From Mobula hypostoma (Eukaryota), in NCBI RefSeq assembly GCF_963921235.1, contig NC_086101.1:4652001-4716000 (forward strand): a DNA stretch of 64,000 nt. The letters run 5' to 3'. Shown here one piece after another: positions 25,061-36,639 of this stretch (its first letter is position 1; every line of letters starts with the position of its first letter). A model generated the notes under the pieces. The model saw only the letters and a program-made list of their open reading frames with translations, was not told the origin of the DNA and ran no database searches. The position numbers and the translations under genes are program-made.

Positions 25061-26592
25061 TGTCATGGTCCAGTCCGTGACGTCCGTGTTCCGGTTCACA
25101 GTCCAGTCCATGGTTCCTTGTTCCGGGGTTTCTGGTTTTCCCCAGCTTCTGTTGTGGGCACATGATTCTCGTTTTGGGGCTGAGACATAAATTCCTCTGC
25201 AAACCAGCGATTCCCGGCTGGACTATTCTGTTCCTCTCCTTGTCTTTTCCCCCCTCGCCTGACTCTCTGCCTGGATACCTCACCTGACTCTCTGCCTGCT
25301 CACCTAGCTTGGATACCCCAACTGTATACCCTGCCTGTACCACTGAAGTTTTACCGCCGGAGCAAGACTGGAGCCTTGTTAGGTCAAGATAAGGAACTGT
25401 CTTTCGTTGTGTGGAATTGTTTCTCTGTGTCCATGCCTTCGCTAGGTAGGTCTGGCTGTTTGCCGCTACCTAGTATTGGGAACTATCTCTGTGTCCTCGC
25501 CTTCGCTAGGTGGGTCTGGCTGTTTGCCGCCACCTTGTGTTGGGATCCGTCTCTTCATGTTCAGTGTTCTGTGCATGAGTCCCAGCCCTACGTCCTGTTC
25601 CCAAGGAGGGGTCCTGGCTCTGTGTTATGTGTGTGATCTTGGCCCTACATCCTGTTCCCAAGGAGGCGTCCTGGCTCTGTGTTCCGTGCTCCTGTCCCTT
25701 CTCGTCCAAGGCTCCGTGCTCCTGAAGGTCCTCATCAAGTCTGTGCCTAGTCCAGTTCTATCGGAGTACTGTCCATGTGCCTTTACCTGTCCTTGTGTCT
25801 CGCCCTACCCAGGAGTTCCTCACCCAAGCCATGTCCAGTCCTGTAGCCTTGTCTTGTCCTCGCCTAGTTCTGGAGTCTGAGCCCGAGTCAAGTCCCAGGT
25901 TCTAAGTCCTTGTCCAGTCTCTGGCTCGGAGTCCATACCCAAGCCTCGAAGTACCCTAGACCCAAGCCCCAAGACCCCAGGCCTGTCTCCAAGCCTCAAG
26001 CTCCAAGACCCCAGGCCTGTCTCCAAGCCTCAAGCCCCAAGACCCCAGGCCTGTCTCCAAGCCTCAAGCCCCAAGACCCCAGGCCTGTCTCCAAGCCTCA
26101 AGCCCCAAGACCCCAGGCCTGTCTCCAAGCCTCAAGCCCCAAGACCCCAGGCCTGTCTCCAAGCCTCAATCCCCAAGACCCCAGGCCTGTCTCCAAGCCT
26201 CAAGCCCCAAGACCCCAGGCCTGTCTCCAAGCCTCAAGCCCCAAGACCTCAGGCCTGTCTCCAAGCCTCAAGCCCCAAGACCCCAGGTCTGTCTCCAAGC
26301 CTCAAGCCTCAAGACTCAAGACCCCAAGCATGTCTCCAAGCCTCAAGACCCCAGCGTCCAGTCCTGCAGTCATGTCATGTCCATGCCTGGTTCTGGGGCC
26401 CGATCCCGAGGCAAGACCCAGGTTCTGGATCCGTGTCCAGTCTCTGGCTTGGGGTCCAAGCCCTAGTCTGTGTTCTTGTCCCTGCTGCTTGTCTGTATTC
26501 TGTCACATCCCTACTCTAGTCACATCCTGTTCCTTGTACTTCAGTGTCTGTGTCTTGCATTGGGGTCCGTTCCCAATGCCCCCACTGTGACA
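25061..26592. mobile_element. Solo LTR (Gypsy/BEL-like) containing an internal 34-bp minisatellite
   Basis: TGTCA...TGACA termini. Flanks ctaat / ccaat form a 5-bp TSD with one mismatch. Confidence 0.7.
25960..26350. repeat. 34-bp minisatellite (caagccccaagaccccaggcctgtctccaagcct) x about 11
   Basis: Direct tandem repetition. Confidence 0.95.
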
Positions 26593-27848
26593 CCAATAGA
26601 TTTAAGAATTTTATACTGAAGGACCCTTCCAAGGATATAACTACTCTGTAGTGAGGCCTTTCAGTTGGGAGACACATCTGTAGGGGTACATCTTCCAATG
26701 CAGTCAAACTTTCCTGAAGAATCACACTCTCACGTGGGGAGTAGAGATAGACACTCCTGTAGAGTTAAAACTGCAGATCTTTTAGGAACTCCAAAAACCT
26801 TAGACCTACATGAAGTGTTAGTAATCGATACAGTGGTGGACACAGCCCAATCCATCGCAGGTAAAGCTCTTCCCACCATTGAGCAGAGCTACACAGAGCA
26901 CTGTCGCAGGAAAGCAGCATCCATCATCAGCCCATGCTCTCTTCTCACTGCTGCCATCAGGAAGGAGGTACAGGAGCCTCAGGGCTCACACCAGGTTCAG
27001 GAATAGTTATTACCCCTCAACCATCAGGCTCTTGAAGCAGGGGGAGAACTTCACTCGACCCATCACTGAACTGATCCCTCAGCCTATGGACTCAGTTTTA
27101 AGAAGTCTACAAGTCATGATCCCATCTCCATTTTTATTGATTTATGCTTACTTAGTGATACAGTGTGAAACAGGCCCCTCCAGCCCTTCGAACTGTGCTG
27201 CCAGCAACCCATCAATTTAACCCCGGCCTAATCACAGAATAATTCACCTACTAGCCGGTATGCCTTTGGACTGTGGGAGTAAACTGAAGCACCCGGAGGA
27301 AACCGGCACATTCCGCGGGGAGGACGGACAAACTCCTTGCAGAGGATGCTGGGATTGAACTCCGAAGTCTGACATCCTGAGCTCTGATAGTGTCATGCTA
27401 ACCACTATCCTACTGTGGTGATATTTGTTGCTGCTTTATTATTATTATCATATATTTTTCAGCTCAAGCAGGTAAAGCCTGAGCTACGGGAATAGCCAAG
27501 CACACTCATTTCTCAATTGCTAGGAACTTTCAGACTATTCTAGTGATGGTTAGTATTGTGGCTTCTGGAGATTGACAGAGATATTACTGTGTAGCCCTAG
27601 TTGTTTAATGTTATTGTGTAATGACTTTGGGATGATACCAGTTGTAGATATTGCTATTGAGACAATGTATACCCTCTTCATGTTCCATAGTCTTTCAATT
27701 CAGCCTGTTTCTGGTGTTTTTCACAGAGATTTCTGGATGTTATGTGTGTTTGGAGTTGTTATATCTATTAAATAAGTTGTTCTTACCCGTTTATTCTGTA
27801 TTATCCAATCCAGACAGTTGATATGGAGTGTCCTATCTATAATAGCAG

Positions 27849-29165
27849 ATGGGTTGCGATATAATGTTGCAGCTATATAGGACCCTGGTCAGACCCCACT
27901 TGGAGTACTGTGCTCACTTCTGGTCACCTCACTACAGGAAGGATGTGGAAACCATAGAAAGGGTGCAGAGGAGATTTACAAGGATGTTGCCTGGATTGGG
28001 GAGCATGCCTTATGAGAATAGGTGGAGTGAACTCCGTCTTTTCTCCTTGGAGCGGCAGAGGATGAGAGGTGACATGATAGAGGTGCATAAGATGATGAGA
28101 GGCATTGATCGTGTGGATAGTCAGAGGCTTTTTCCCAGGGCTGAAGTGGCAAACATGAAAGGGCATAGTTTTAAGATGCTTGGACGTAGGTACAGTGGGG
28201 ATGTCGGGGATAAGTTTTTTACTCAGAGTGGTGAGTGCGTGAAATGGGCTGCCGGCAATGGTGGTGGAGGTGGAAACAATAGGGTCTTTTAAGAGACTCC
28301 TGGATAGGTACATGGAGCTCAGAAAAATAGAGGGCTATGGGTACTTGGTAGTGGCAGGATACTTGGTAGTGTGGAGGAGCAGAGGGATCTCGGGGTACAT
28401 GTCCACAGATCCCTGAAAGTTGCCTTACAGGTGGATAGGGTAGTTAAGAAAACTTATGGGGTGTTAGCTTTCATAAGTCGAGGGATAGAGTTTAAGAGTC
28501 GCGATGTAATGATGCAGCTCTATAAAACTCTGGTTAGGCCACACTTGAAGTACTGTGTCCAGTTCTGGTCACCTCACTATAGGAAGGATGTGGAAGCATT
28601 GGATAGGGTACAGAGGAGATTTACCAGGATGCTGCCTGGTTTAGAAAGTATGCATTATGATCAGAGATTAAGGGAGCTAGGGCTTCACTCTTTGGAGAGG
28701 AGGAGGATGAGAGGAGACATGATAGAGGTGTACAAGATAATAAGAGGAATAGATAGAGTGGATAGCCAGCGCCTCTTCCCCAGTGCACCACTGCTCAATA
28801 CAAGAGGACATGGCTTTAAGGTAAGGGGTGGGAAGTTCAAGGGGGATATTAGAGGAAGGTTTTTTACTCAGAGAGTGGTTGGTGCGTGGAATGCACTGCC
28901 TGAGTCAGTGGTGGAGGCAGATACACTAGTGAAGTTTAAGAGACTACTAGACAGGTATATGGAGGAATTTAAGGTGGGGGCTTATATGGGAGGCAGGGTT
29001 TGAGGGTTGGCACAACATTGCAGGCTGAAGGGCCTGTACTGTGCTGTACTATTCTATGTTCTATGTTCTATGTAACCCGAGGTAATTTCTAAAGTGCGTA
29101 CATGTTCGGCACAGCATCGTGGGCTGAAGGCCCTATATTGTGCTGTAGGTTTCTATGTTCCTATA
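27849..29165 (+). mobile_element. CR1 3' fragment with a second CR1 (about 28345-29072) nested in its 3' end
   Basis: Two successive LVRPHLEYC...RFTRMLPG segments. The host 3' UTR resumes after the (ttctatg)n tail. Confidence 0.9.
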
Positions 29166-29179
29166 ATTTTTAGAACTCT

Positions 29180-30520
29180 GACTCTAAAACTGGTCAGGCA
29201 TGTATTTATAGTAAAGTATGGTGTCTTTCCTGAGTTTGTATTTTAAAGCAAGATTTTGGTAAATGATGTTTGCCACTTGTTTGTGCCTGTGTAAGTAATC
29301 TGATTGAGTTAAACTGCTGCAGGATCCTGTAATGTGTTGACATGGTCTCTCTTGGCATTCTCTGCATTTCTGGTCTTGAATTTGTTGGTCTTTTATGTAT
29401 TTTGGTAATTTTTGTGTGAACCAGCTGGTCCTGTTTTGCCACAAGGAACCCTTCTGTCTCTAGGAAGAGATCTCCAACTCTGAGCCAGGCTTTTGATGCT
29501 TCCTTGTCAACATCTAGTCTGCTCAGACCATGGGGATGTCTTCCATGGAGGGTCCTGCTTTTCCATGGTCCTCTTCTCCTTCCAGAGTGATAATTTCTTC
29601 ACTTTTCTGGGTTGTGCTTTCATTTAAGTTTAGTGGTGTATACAACTTATCAGTATTGCATATACTCGCGTGGTGTTGAATCCTGTTTTATTTAATGAAA
29701 GTATATCCTTAAAGTTTTATCTGACTGTTGTGAAGATTTTTGATGTCTGTTATTCCTCTTCTTCCTTCTGCCCCAGATAGAATTAGTCTCAGTGCTTTCT
29801 AACATACATAGTGTTTTCTGAAATTTGTCATTTCAGTTCTTATTCTTCTTTGTAAATTTTCCAGATCGGTTTTGGACCAAAATGTTATGCCAAAAGGATA
29901 CCTCAATATGGGTTTAGTGAAACTGTTTATTGCCTTTGTTTTTTTTTACTGTTGAGATCTGTTTGGCAGATTTTCTTATGCCTTGAAGTAAATTATGTCA
30001 AAAGTTTTCCATTTATCGCACTCTGCTCTATTGACTTTGCTTGTTGATATCCCAGAGACCTTCATATTCATTGATCGGTTGTATTGTATCATCCTGCTTG
30101 GTTTTACATTCTGTTAGCTCTCTTGCACCTTCGTTATGTTTAAAGTTCTGAAATTATCCTGTCCAAAGTTCATGTTTATATCTTTCAAAAATAGTTCTGC
30201 TATTTGAATTAATTGCTTTTGATTTACTGATAAAGGAGCATATAATTTCAAATCATTCATATATAAAAGGCATGTAGTTCATTTTGTTGTTTCTGATTTT
30301 CTGACTTTACTGATTCAGTAAATTGGAGAGCGGGTTTAAAGCCAGACAGAACCATAGTGGACTTAGAGAGTGGCCTTGGAAAATGCGACTATTCTGGTGG
30401 TTATTCCTTTTTGGTTGTTAGTAGATAGGGTGATTACAGTACGCCAATGTTTTATCACTTCTTGCAAGAATTTCACAAGTATATATTAAGAACTTCTGGT
30501 AACCATGAGTGTGGGACTAT
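29180..30520 (-). mobile_element. Degenerate R4/Dong(Rex6)-clade non-LTR retrotransposon fragment
   Basis: Minus-strand remnants IFQGHSLSPLWFCLALNPLS, LYMNDLKLY (YMDD-like) and KCRECQE...QHITGSCSSLTQSDYLHRHKQVANIIYQNL (CCHC + RH motif preceding the RLE domain). Confidence 0.7.
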
Positions 30521-30621
30521 CAAATCTCCTTTCATTCTCCTAGTATCAAATCTGCTTTCATTCTCCTAGTATCAAATCTGCTTTCATTCTCCTAGTATCG
30601 AATCTCCTTTCATTCTCCTAG
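30518..30621. repeat. 26-bp tandem repeat x4 (tatcaaatctgctttcattctcctag) at the R4/CR1 junction
   Basis: Direct repetition. Confidence 0.85.
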
Positions 30622-31429
30622 GCTCCAGGGAATAAAGGCCAAACCTATTCAACCATTTCCTAAAACTCAAGCCCTCATCACGGCAACATCCCTGTTAATT
30701 TTCTGTGCACTCTTTCAATCATATTGCTATTGCCTGAACTGTATTGCACACAATACTCAAAATATGGCCTCACCAAACTCTTACACAATTTCAACATAAC
30801 AACACAACTTCTGTACTCAATAATCTGAGTTATGAAGGACATTTTTTCAATACTGGAGTGAAAGAAGACAAAGTTAACTCAGGAAACGAGCTGTGACCCT
30901 GGTGGTACAATTAACTTGCGTAGCAAGGTCAATTTTGCCTCAAAGTAACTGTATTGTAACAGAATGTGTATTTGGAACAATTGTTACTGAGAAATTGCAA
31001 GGACATTTTCAAGTGCAGAGGAACAGGAGAGTTCCGATGAACACTGATTGTAACAGACTATTTCGGAAGAATGTGTTATTTCACAGATTTCAGGACACCC
31101 ACAAATGTCCCAAACTCCCCTCCATGACTCCAAACTTCGGGTAGCTTTCTGTCCAGCCAGAGTCAGCGTGCTCTGGAATCTACACCCAGCGGACTGGGAC
31201 GCCACAGCAGCATAGCTGTTAACACTTATTACAGCTCGGTGCGACTTACTCGAACTTATGAAGGATTACTGTATCGAAAGAAGATGAAGTTCGAAGTACA
31301 AAGTAAACTTATTGTTTATATGTCACCATATACAACCCTGAGATTCACTTTCTTGCGGGCATTCCCAGTAAATACAAGAAAGGCCGCCCCCCCCCCCCCC
31401 CCGCCGCCCAACAGGGTGCGGACAAAAAA

Positions 31430-31925
31430 AAACACACAAGGAAGTCTGCAGATGCTAGGAATCTAAAGCAAGACACACAAAGAGATGGAGGAACTCAGCC
31501 GGCCAGGCAGCATCTATGGAAGAGAGTAAACAGTCATCGTTTTGAGCTGAGATCCTTCTTCAGGACTGGAAAGGAAGGGGGAAGATTCCAGAATAAGACA
31601 ACCGGGAGAGGAGAAGGTGGGCAAGATAGAAGGTGATAGGCAAAGCCAGGTGGCTGGGAAAAGTGAAGGGCCGGAGAAGACCGTAGGAGAAAGAGAAGGA
31701 GGGGGGGACCCAGGATAAAGTGATAGGCAGGGGAAAGTAGGTGAAAGTCCAGGGTGGTGAATAGAGGAAGTGGGGAGGGGGAGGGAATTTTTATTTTTTA
31801 CCGGAAAGAGAAATCAATATTCACGACGTCAGGCCGGAGGCTGCCCAGACAGATTTAGGGTTTTGCTCCCCCACCCTGCGGGGAGCCTCACCGTGGCACA
31901 AGAGGATGCCATGTTGGAACGGGTT
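31430..31925 (-). mobile_element. Older Penelope 3' fragment
   Basis: Diverged pLTR, purine tract and GIY-YIG C-terminal remnant. Confidence 0.6.
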
Positions 31926-33099
31926 GGCAATCGAAGTTCTGCTTGTGGCGGGACAAAAAAAAACAATGTCTAAAAGACAATGAACTGTGCAAAAGGAAAA
32001 ACAAAACAAGCTAACAAAATAATAATAAACATATAACCAATAGATATCAAGAGCATGAGATGAAGGGTCCTTGAAAGTGAGTCCATAGGTTGTGGGAACA
32101 GTTCAGTGATGGTGAGTGAAGTTGAGTGAAGTTTATTTCAAGACCCTGCTGGTTGAGGGGTAATAACTGTTCCTGACCCTGGTGGTGTGGGTCCTGGGGC
32201 TCCTGTACCTCCTGCCTGATGACAGCAGTGAGACGAGAGCGTGTCCTGGGTGCTGGTTGCTGCTGGTTGAAGGGTAATAACTGTTCCTGAACCCGGTGAT
32301 GTGGGTCCTGAGGCTCCTGTACCTCCTGCCGGATGGTGGCAGCAGTGAGACGGAGCGTGGTCCGGGTGTTGGCAGTCCTTGATGATTGGTGCTGCTTTCC
32401 TGCGTATAGTTCTGCTCGGTGGTGGGACAGGTTTTACCCATGATGGACTGGGCTGTACCATTACTATTTGCAGGCCTTTTCGTTCAAGGGTGTTGGTGTT
32501 TCCATACCAGGCCATGATGCAACCAGTCAGTATACTCGCCATCACACATCTGTGGAAGTTTGTCGGAGCATCCTCTCTTTATAACTCAAGGCCTCTGGCC
32601 TCTGCAATGAACTTTCTGCATGCTTACTACTTTAAGGACATTCCTCCTACAGCTGGCCAACTGGAATTGCGCCCCTTGGTGGCATGTAACAACTTTGTAC
32701 AGCTGTGACAAGACGTCCGAGTTCCTGTGCTCAAGGACACCGAAACTTTCATCACTACACTGTCTACCGGCAGCGTCACGGTGAGGGAAACGTGCCGCTG
32801 GGTCAGTTATTTATTTAGATACACAGCATGAAACCAACCACCAACCCACCTAATTAACCCCAGCTCAATTACAGGGCAATTTACAACGACCAGTTAACCT
32901 ACTGTAACCTTTGGACTGTGGGAGGAAACCGCCCAAACTTCCTGACAGAGGACGCTGGAATTCCAGTTCCGGGCCCCCAGCTGCAGCAGTGTCGCATTAA
33001 CTGCGACACTGCACTGGTGCCCCCTTCACCACTTGCAGAAATCCCGTTCCTGGAAGCAAACAGCCACACAGAGAGTCATACAGTTCCGCCACGCAGGAA

Positions 33100-33250
33100 C
33101 AGCTACGGCACGGTAACGTAGTACTTGGCGTAACGCTTTACAGCAGCCAGCTGTAAAACACAGTTTCAATTCTCGCCGCCGTAAAGAACTTGTGCATTCT
33201 CCCAGTGGCCGCGTGGGTTCCGGTTTCCTCCCACACTCCAAGGATGATCC
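33100..33250 (+). mobile_element. V-SINE/HE1-like SINE (minus-strand relatives at about 17360-17630, 27150-27420, 32810-33020, 46700-47010)
   Basis: Conserved gcgtgggtt..ccggtttcctcccaca core in all copies. Confidence 0.55.
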
Positions 33251-33269
33251 GTTTATTACACCGTTGCTG

Positions 33270-36200
33270 CCTCGGGAGTGGCGCCGGAGGTGAGGGAGAA
33301 GGGCCGGTGTCCTGGTGAGGTTGAGACTGTTGCTCCCTCATGTACTCCAGACTAATATTCAGTCCCTGGACAACAGGCTGGGTGAACTGAGAGCCAGGAT
33401 CTCCTACCAGCGGGGAACAAAAAAAAAAGTAAGGTTTTGTGCTTTATGGAGACCTGGATGATGGAGGAGATACGGGGAGCAGACAGGTCTAAAAGCCTCT
33501 CTGGGAAGAGTAAAGGGGGTGGGGTGTGCTTCATGGTCATTAATGCTTGGTGCGACCCCCGGAAAGAATCCTACGGTAGGAAACTCTGTCACATGGTATG
33601 AGCAGAATTATCTGCAGCTTAATGTGGAAAAGACTATGAGGAGAGCTAAGGCACCAGTGACCCCTGTTTCCATCCAGGGGGTCAGTGTGGACGTGGTGGA
33701 GGATTACAAATACCTGGGGATACGAATTGACAATAAACTGAACTGGTCTAAGAACACTGAGGCTGTCTACAAGAAGGGTCAGAGCCGTCTCTGTTTCCTG
33801 AGGAGACTGAGGTCCTTTAACATCTGCCGGACGATGCTGAGGATGTTCTACGAGTCTGTGGTGGCCAGTGCTATCATGTTTGCTGTTGTGTGCTGGGGCA
33901 GCAGGCTGAGGGTAGCAGACACCAACAGAATCAACAAACTCATTCGTAAGGCCAGTGATGTTGTGGGGATGGAACTGGACTCTCTGACGGTGGTGTCTGA
34001 AAAGAGGATCCTGTCCAAGTTGCATGCCATCTTGGTCAATGTCTCCCATCCACTACATAATGTACTGGGTGGGCACAGGAGTGCATTCAGCCAGAGACTC
34101 ATTCCACCGAGATGCAGCACAGAGCGTCATAGGGAGTCATTCCTGCCTGTGACCATCAAACTTTACAACTCCTCCCTTGGAGGGTCAGACACCCTGAGCC
34201 AATAGGCTGGTCCTGGACTTATTTCATAATTTACATATTACTATTTAACTATGTATGGTTCTATTACTATTTATTATTTATGGTGCAACTGTAACGAAAA
34301 CCAATTTCCCCCGGGATCAATAAAGTATGACTATGACTATGGAATGTGCATGCTCTCAAATCCTTCCGTTCTCTGGATCCGGAGTATCTGGTGCTGCTGT
34401 GTAGACCTTTCTGACTGCCTAGGGAGTTCACGGCTGTTAATATCATGGCGGTGGACATGCCGCCGCAGGCGGGTACTCAAGGAACTGTACGAGGCCACCA
34501 GCACCCTGGAGACTGCAGACCCAGAGGCTACCTTCATCATTGCTGGTGACTTTAATCAAGTGTCGCTGACGGAAGTCTCTCTGAAGATTTGTCAGCACAC
34601 GGGGAGACTGCATACTCGGCCACTGCTACTCTCCCTTCCGCAACGCTCACAAAGAGTTCCTCCGTCCACCGCTCGGGAAGTCTGACCACTCCTCCATCCT
34701 TTACAGATAGAAGCTGAAACGAGACAGCCGTTTAAAACCGTCCACTGTTGGTCCGACCAATCGGTCTCGGTGCTACGGGACTGCTTGGATGATGTCGACT
34801 GGAATGTCTTTCTGATGAGGTTGTCTCTGGGTTTGTGGAAGGGGTCACAGGTTTCATCCGGAAGTGCATCGAGGATGTTGCCCCCAGAAATCGGTCAGGG
34901 TCTATCCAAACCAGAAACCGTGGATCAATCGTTGCATGCGCGCTTCACTCACTGTGCGAGACAGAGCTTTCGCCACCGGGAACCACCGGGAACTCAAGGA
35001 ATGCAGCTACCATCTGCACAGAGTCATCAGGGCAGCGGAACGACAAGACGAGGACAAGTTCTCCACCAGCAACACACACAGCTTATGGCGAGGTCTGCAC
35101 ACCATCGCAGACTTCAAAGCTAAACGCAGATGAGCTAAATTTTTTATCACACTCGGTTCGATGTCGCCAACACTGAGCCCGAGGAGAGCCGCCAATGGAC
35201 CTGCAGCTTGGTCATCTGTGAGGCTGAAGCACACGGGTGTTTCCAACGAGTGGACAGTGGCAAGGCTGCGGGACCGGACGGCATCCCAGGGCAGATACTC
35301 AGAGTGTGCGCGGCGCAACTGGCCGGTATGTTTGCAGACATTTTTAATCCCGCCCTGTTCCAGTGTATAATGCTCTGCTTCAAAACATCCACCATTGTCC
35401 CTGTATCTAAAAACACCGAGGTAACATGTCCGAACGACTGGTGTCCTGTCACACTCAACTCAATAATAAGCAAATGCTTTGAGAGTCTGGTCAAGGATTA
35501 CATCTGCAGCTTGCTACCACCCACACTGGACCCCTTATAATTTGCCTACTGACACAACTGATCAACAGACGATGCAATAACCACTGCTCTACATACAGTC
35601 CTTACACATCTGGGGAAGAAGGATGCTTATGTGAGAATGCTGTTCTTGGACTGCAGTTCAGCATTCAACACCATAGTTCCCTCCAGGCTCGACAAGAAGC
35701 TCAGAGACCTCGGCCTTCACCCTGCCTTGTGCAGCTGGATCCTGGACTTCCTGTCAGATCGCCAGCAGGTTGTAAGAGTGGGGTCCCTCACCTCTGCCCC
35801 TCTGACTCTCAACACAGGAGCCCCTCAGGGCTGTGTCCTAAGCCCCCTCCTTCACTATCTGTACACCGATGACTGTATCACCACCCACAGCTCCAATCTG
35901 CTAATTAAATTTGCTGATGATACTACACTGATTGGCCGAATCTCAAATAATAATGAGTCAGCCTACAGAGAAGAAATCAGCACCCTGACACAGTGGTGTC
36001 AAGAAAACAACCTCCTCCTCAATGTCGCAAAAACAAAGGAGCTGGTTGTGGATTACAGGAGGAATGGAGATGGGCTAACCCCTATTGACATCAATGGCTC
36101 TGGGGTTGAGAGGGTAAACAGCTTTAAGTTCCTCAGCATCCACATCACTGAGGACCTCACGTGGTCTGTACATACTGACTGTGTGGTGAAAAAGGCACAA

Positions 36201-36632
36201 CAGCGCCTCTTTCACCTCAGACAGTTGAGGAAGTTTGGTATGGGGCCCCCATATCTTAAGAACTTTCTACAGGGGCACAATTGAGAGGATCCTGACTGGC
36301 TGCATCACTGCCTGGTACGGGAACTGTACCTCACTTAGTCGCAGGACTCTGCAGAGAGTGGTGCAGACAGCCCAGCGCATCTGTAGTTGTGAACATCCCA
36401 CCATTCAGGACATTTACAAAGACAGGTGTGAGATAAGGGCCCGAAGGATCATTGGGGACCCGAGTCACCCCAACCACAAACTGTTCCAGTTGCTACCATC
36501 CGGGAAGCGGTACCGCAGCATAAAAGCCAGGAGCAACAGGCTTCTTCCACCAGGCCATCAGACTGATTAACTCACACTGACGCAATTTTATTTCTAAGCT
36601 ATATTGACTGCTCTGTTGTATATCTTACTGTT
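33270..36632 (+). mobile_element. Rex1/Babar-type LINE (degenerate ORF2), with a younger Rex1-like 3' fragment nested at about 33575-34340; 3' UTR resumes at about 39730-39866
   Basis: [65 protein letters not shown]. Confidence 0.88.
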
Positions 36633-36639
36633 TAAACTA

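Noticed and set aside
25910..26590. 226-aa Pro/Ser-rich ORF
   Set aside because: Translation of the 34-bp VNTR inside a solo LTR.
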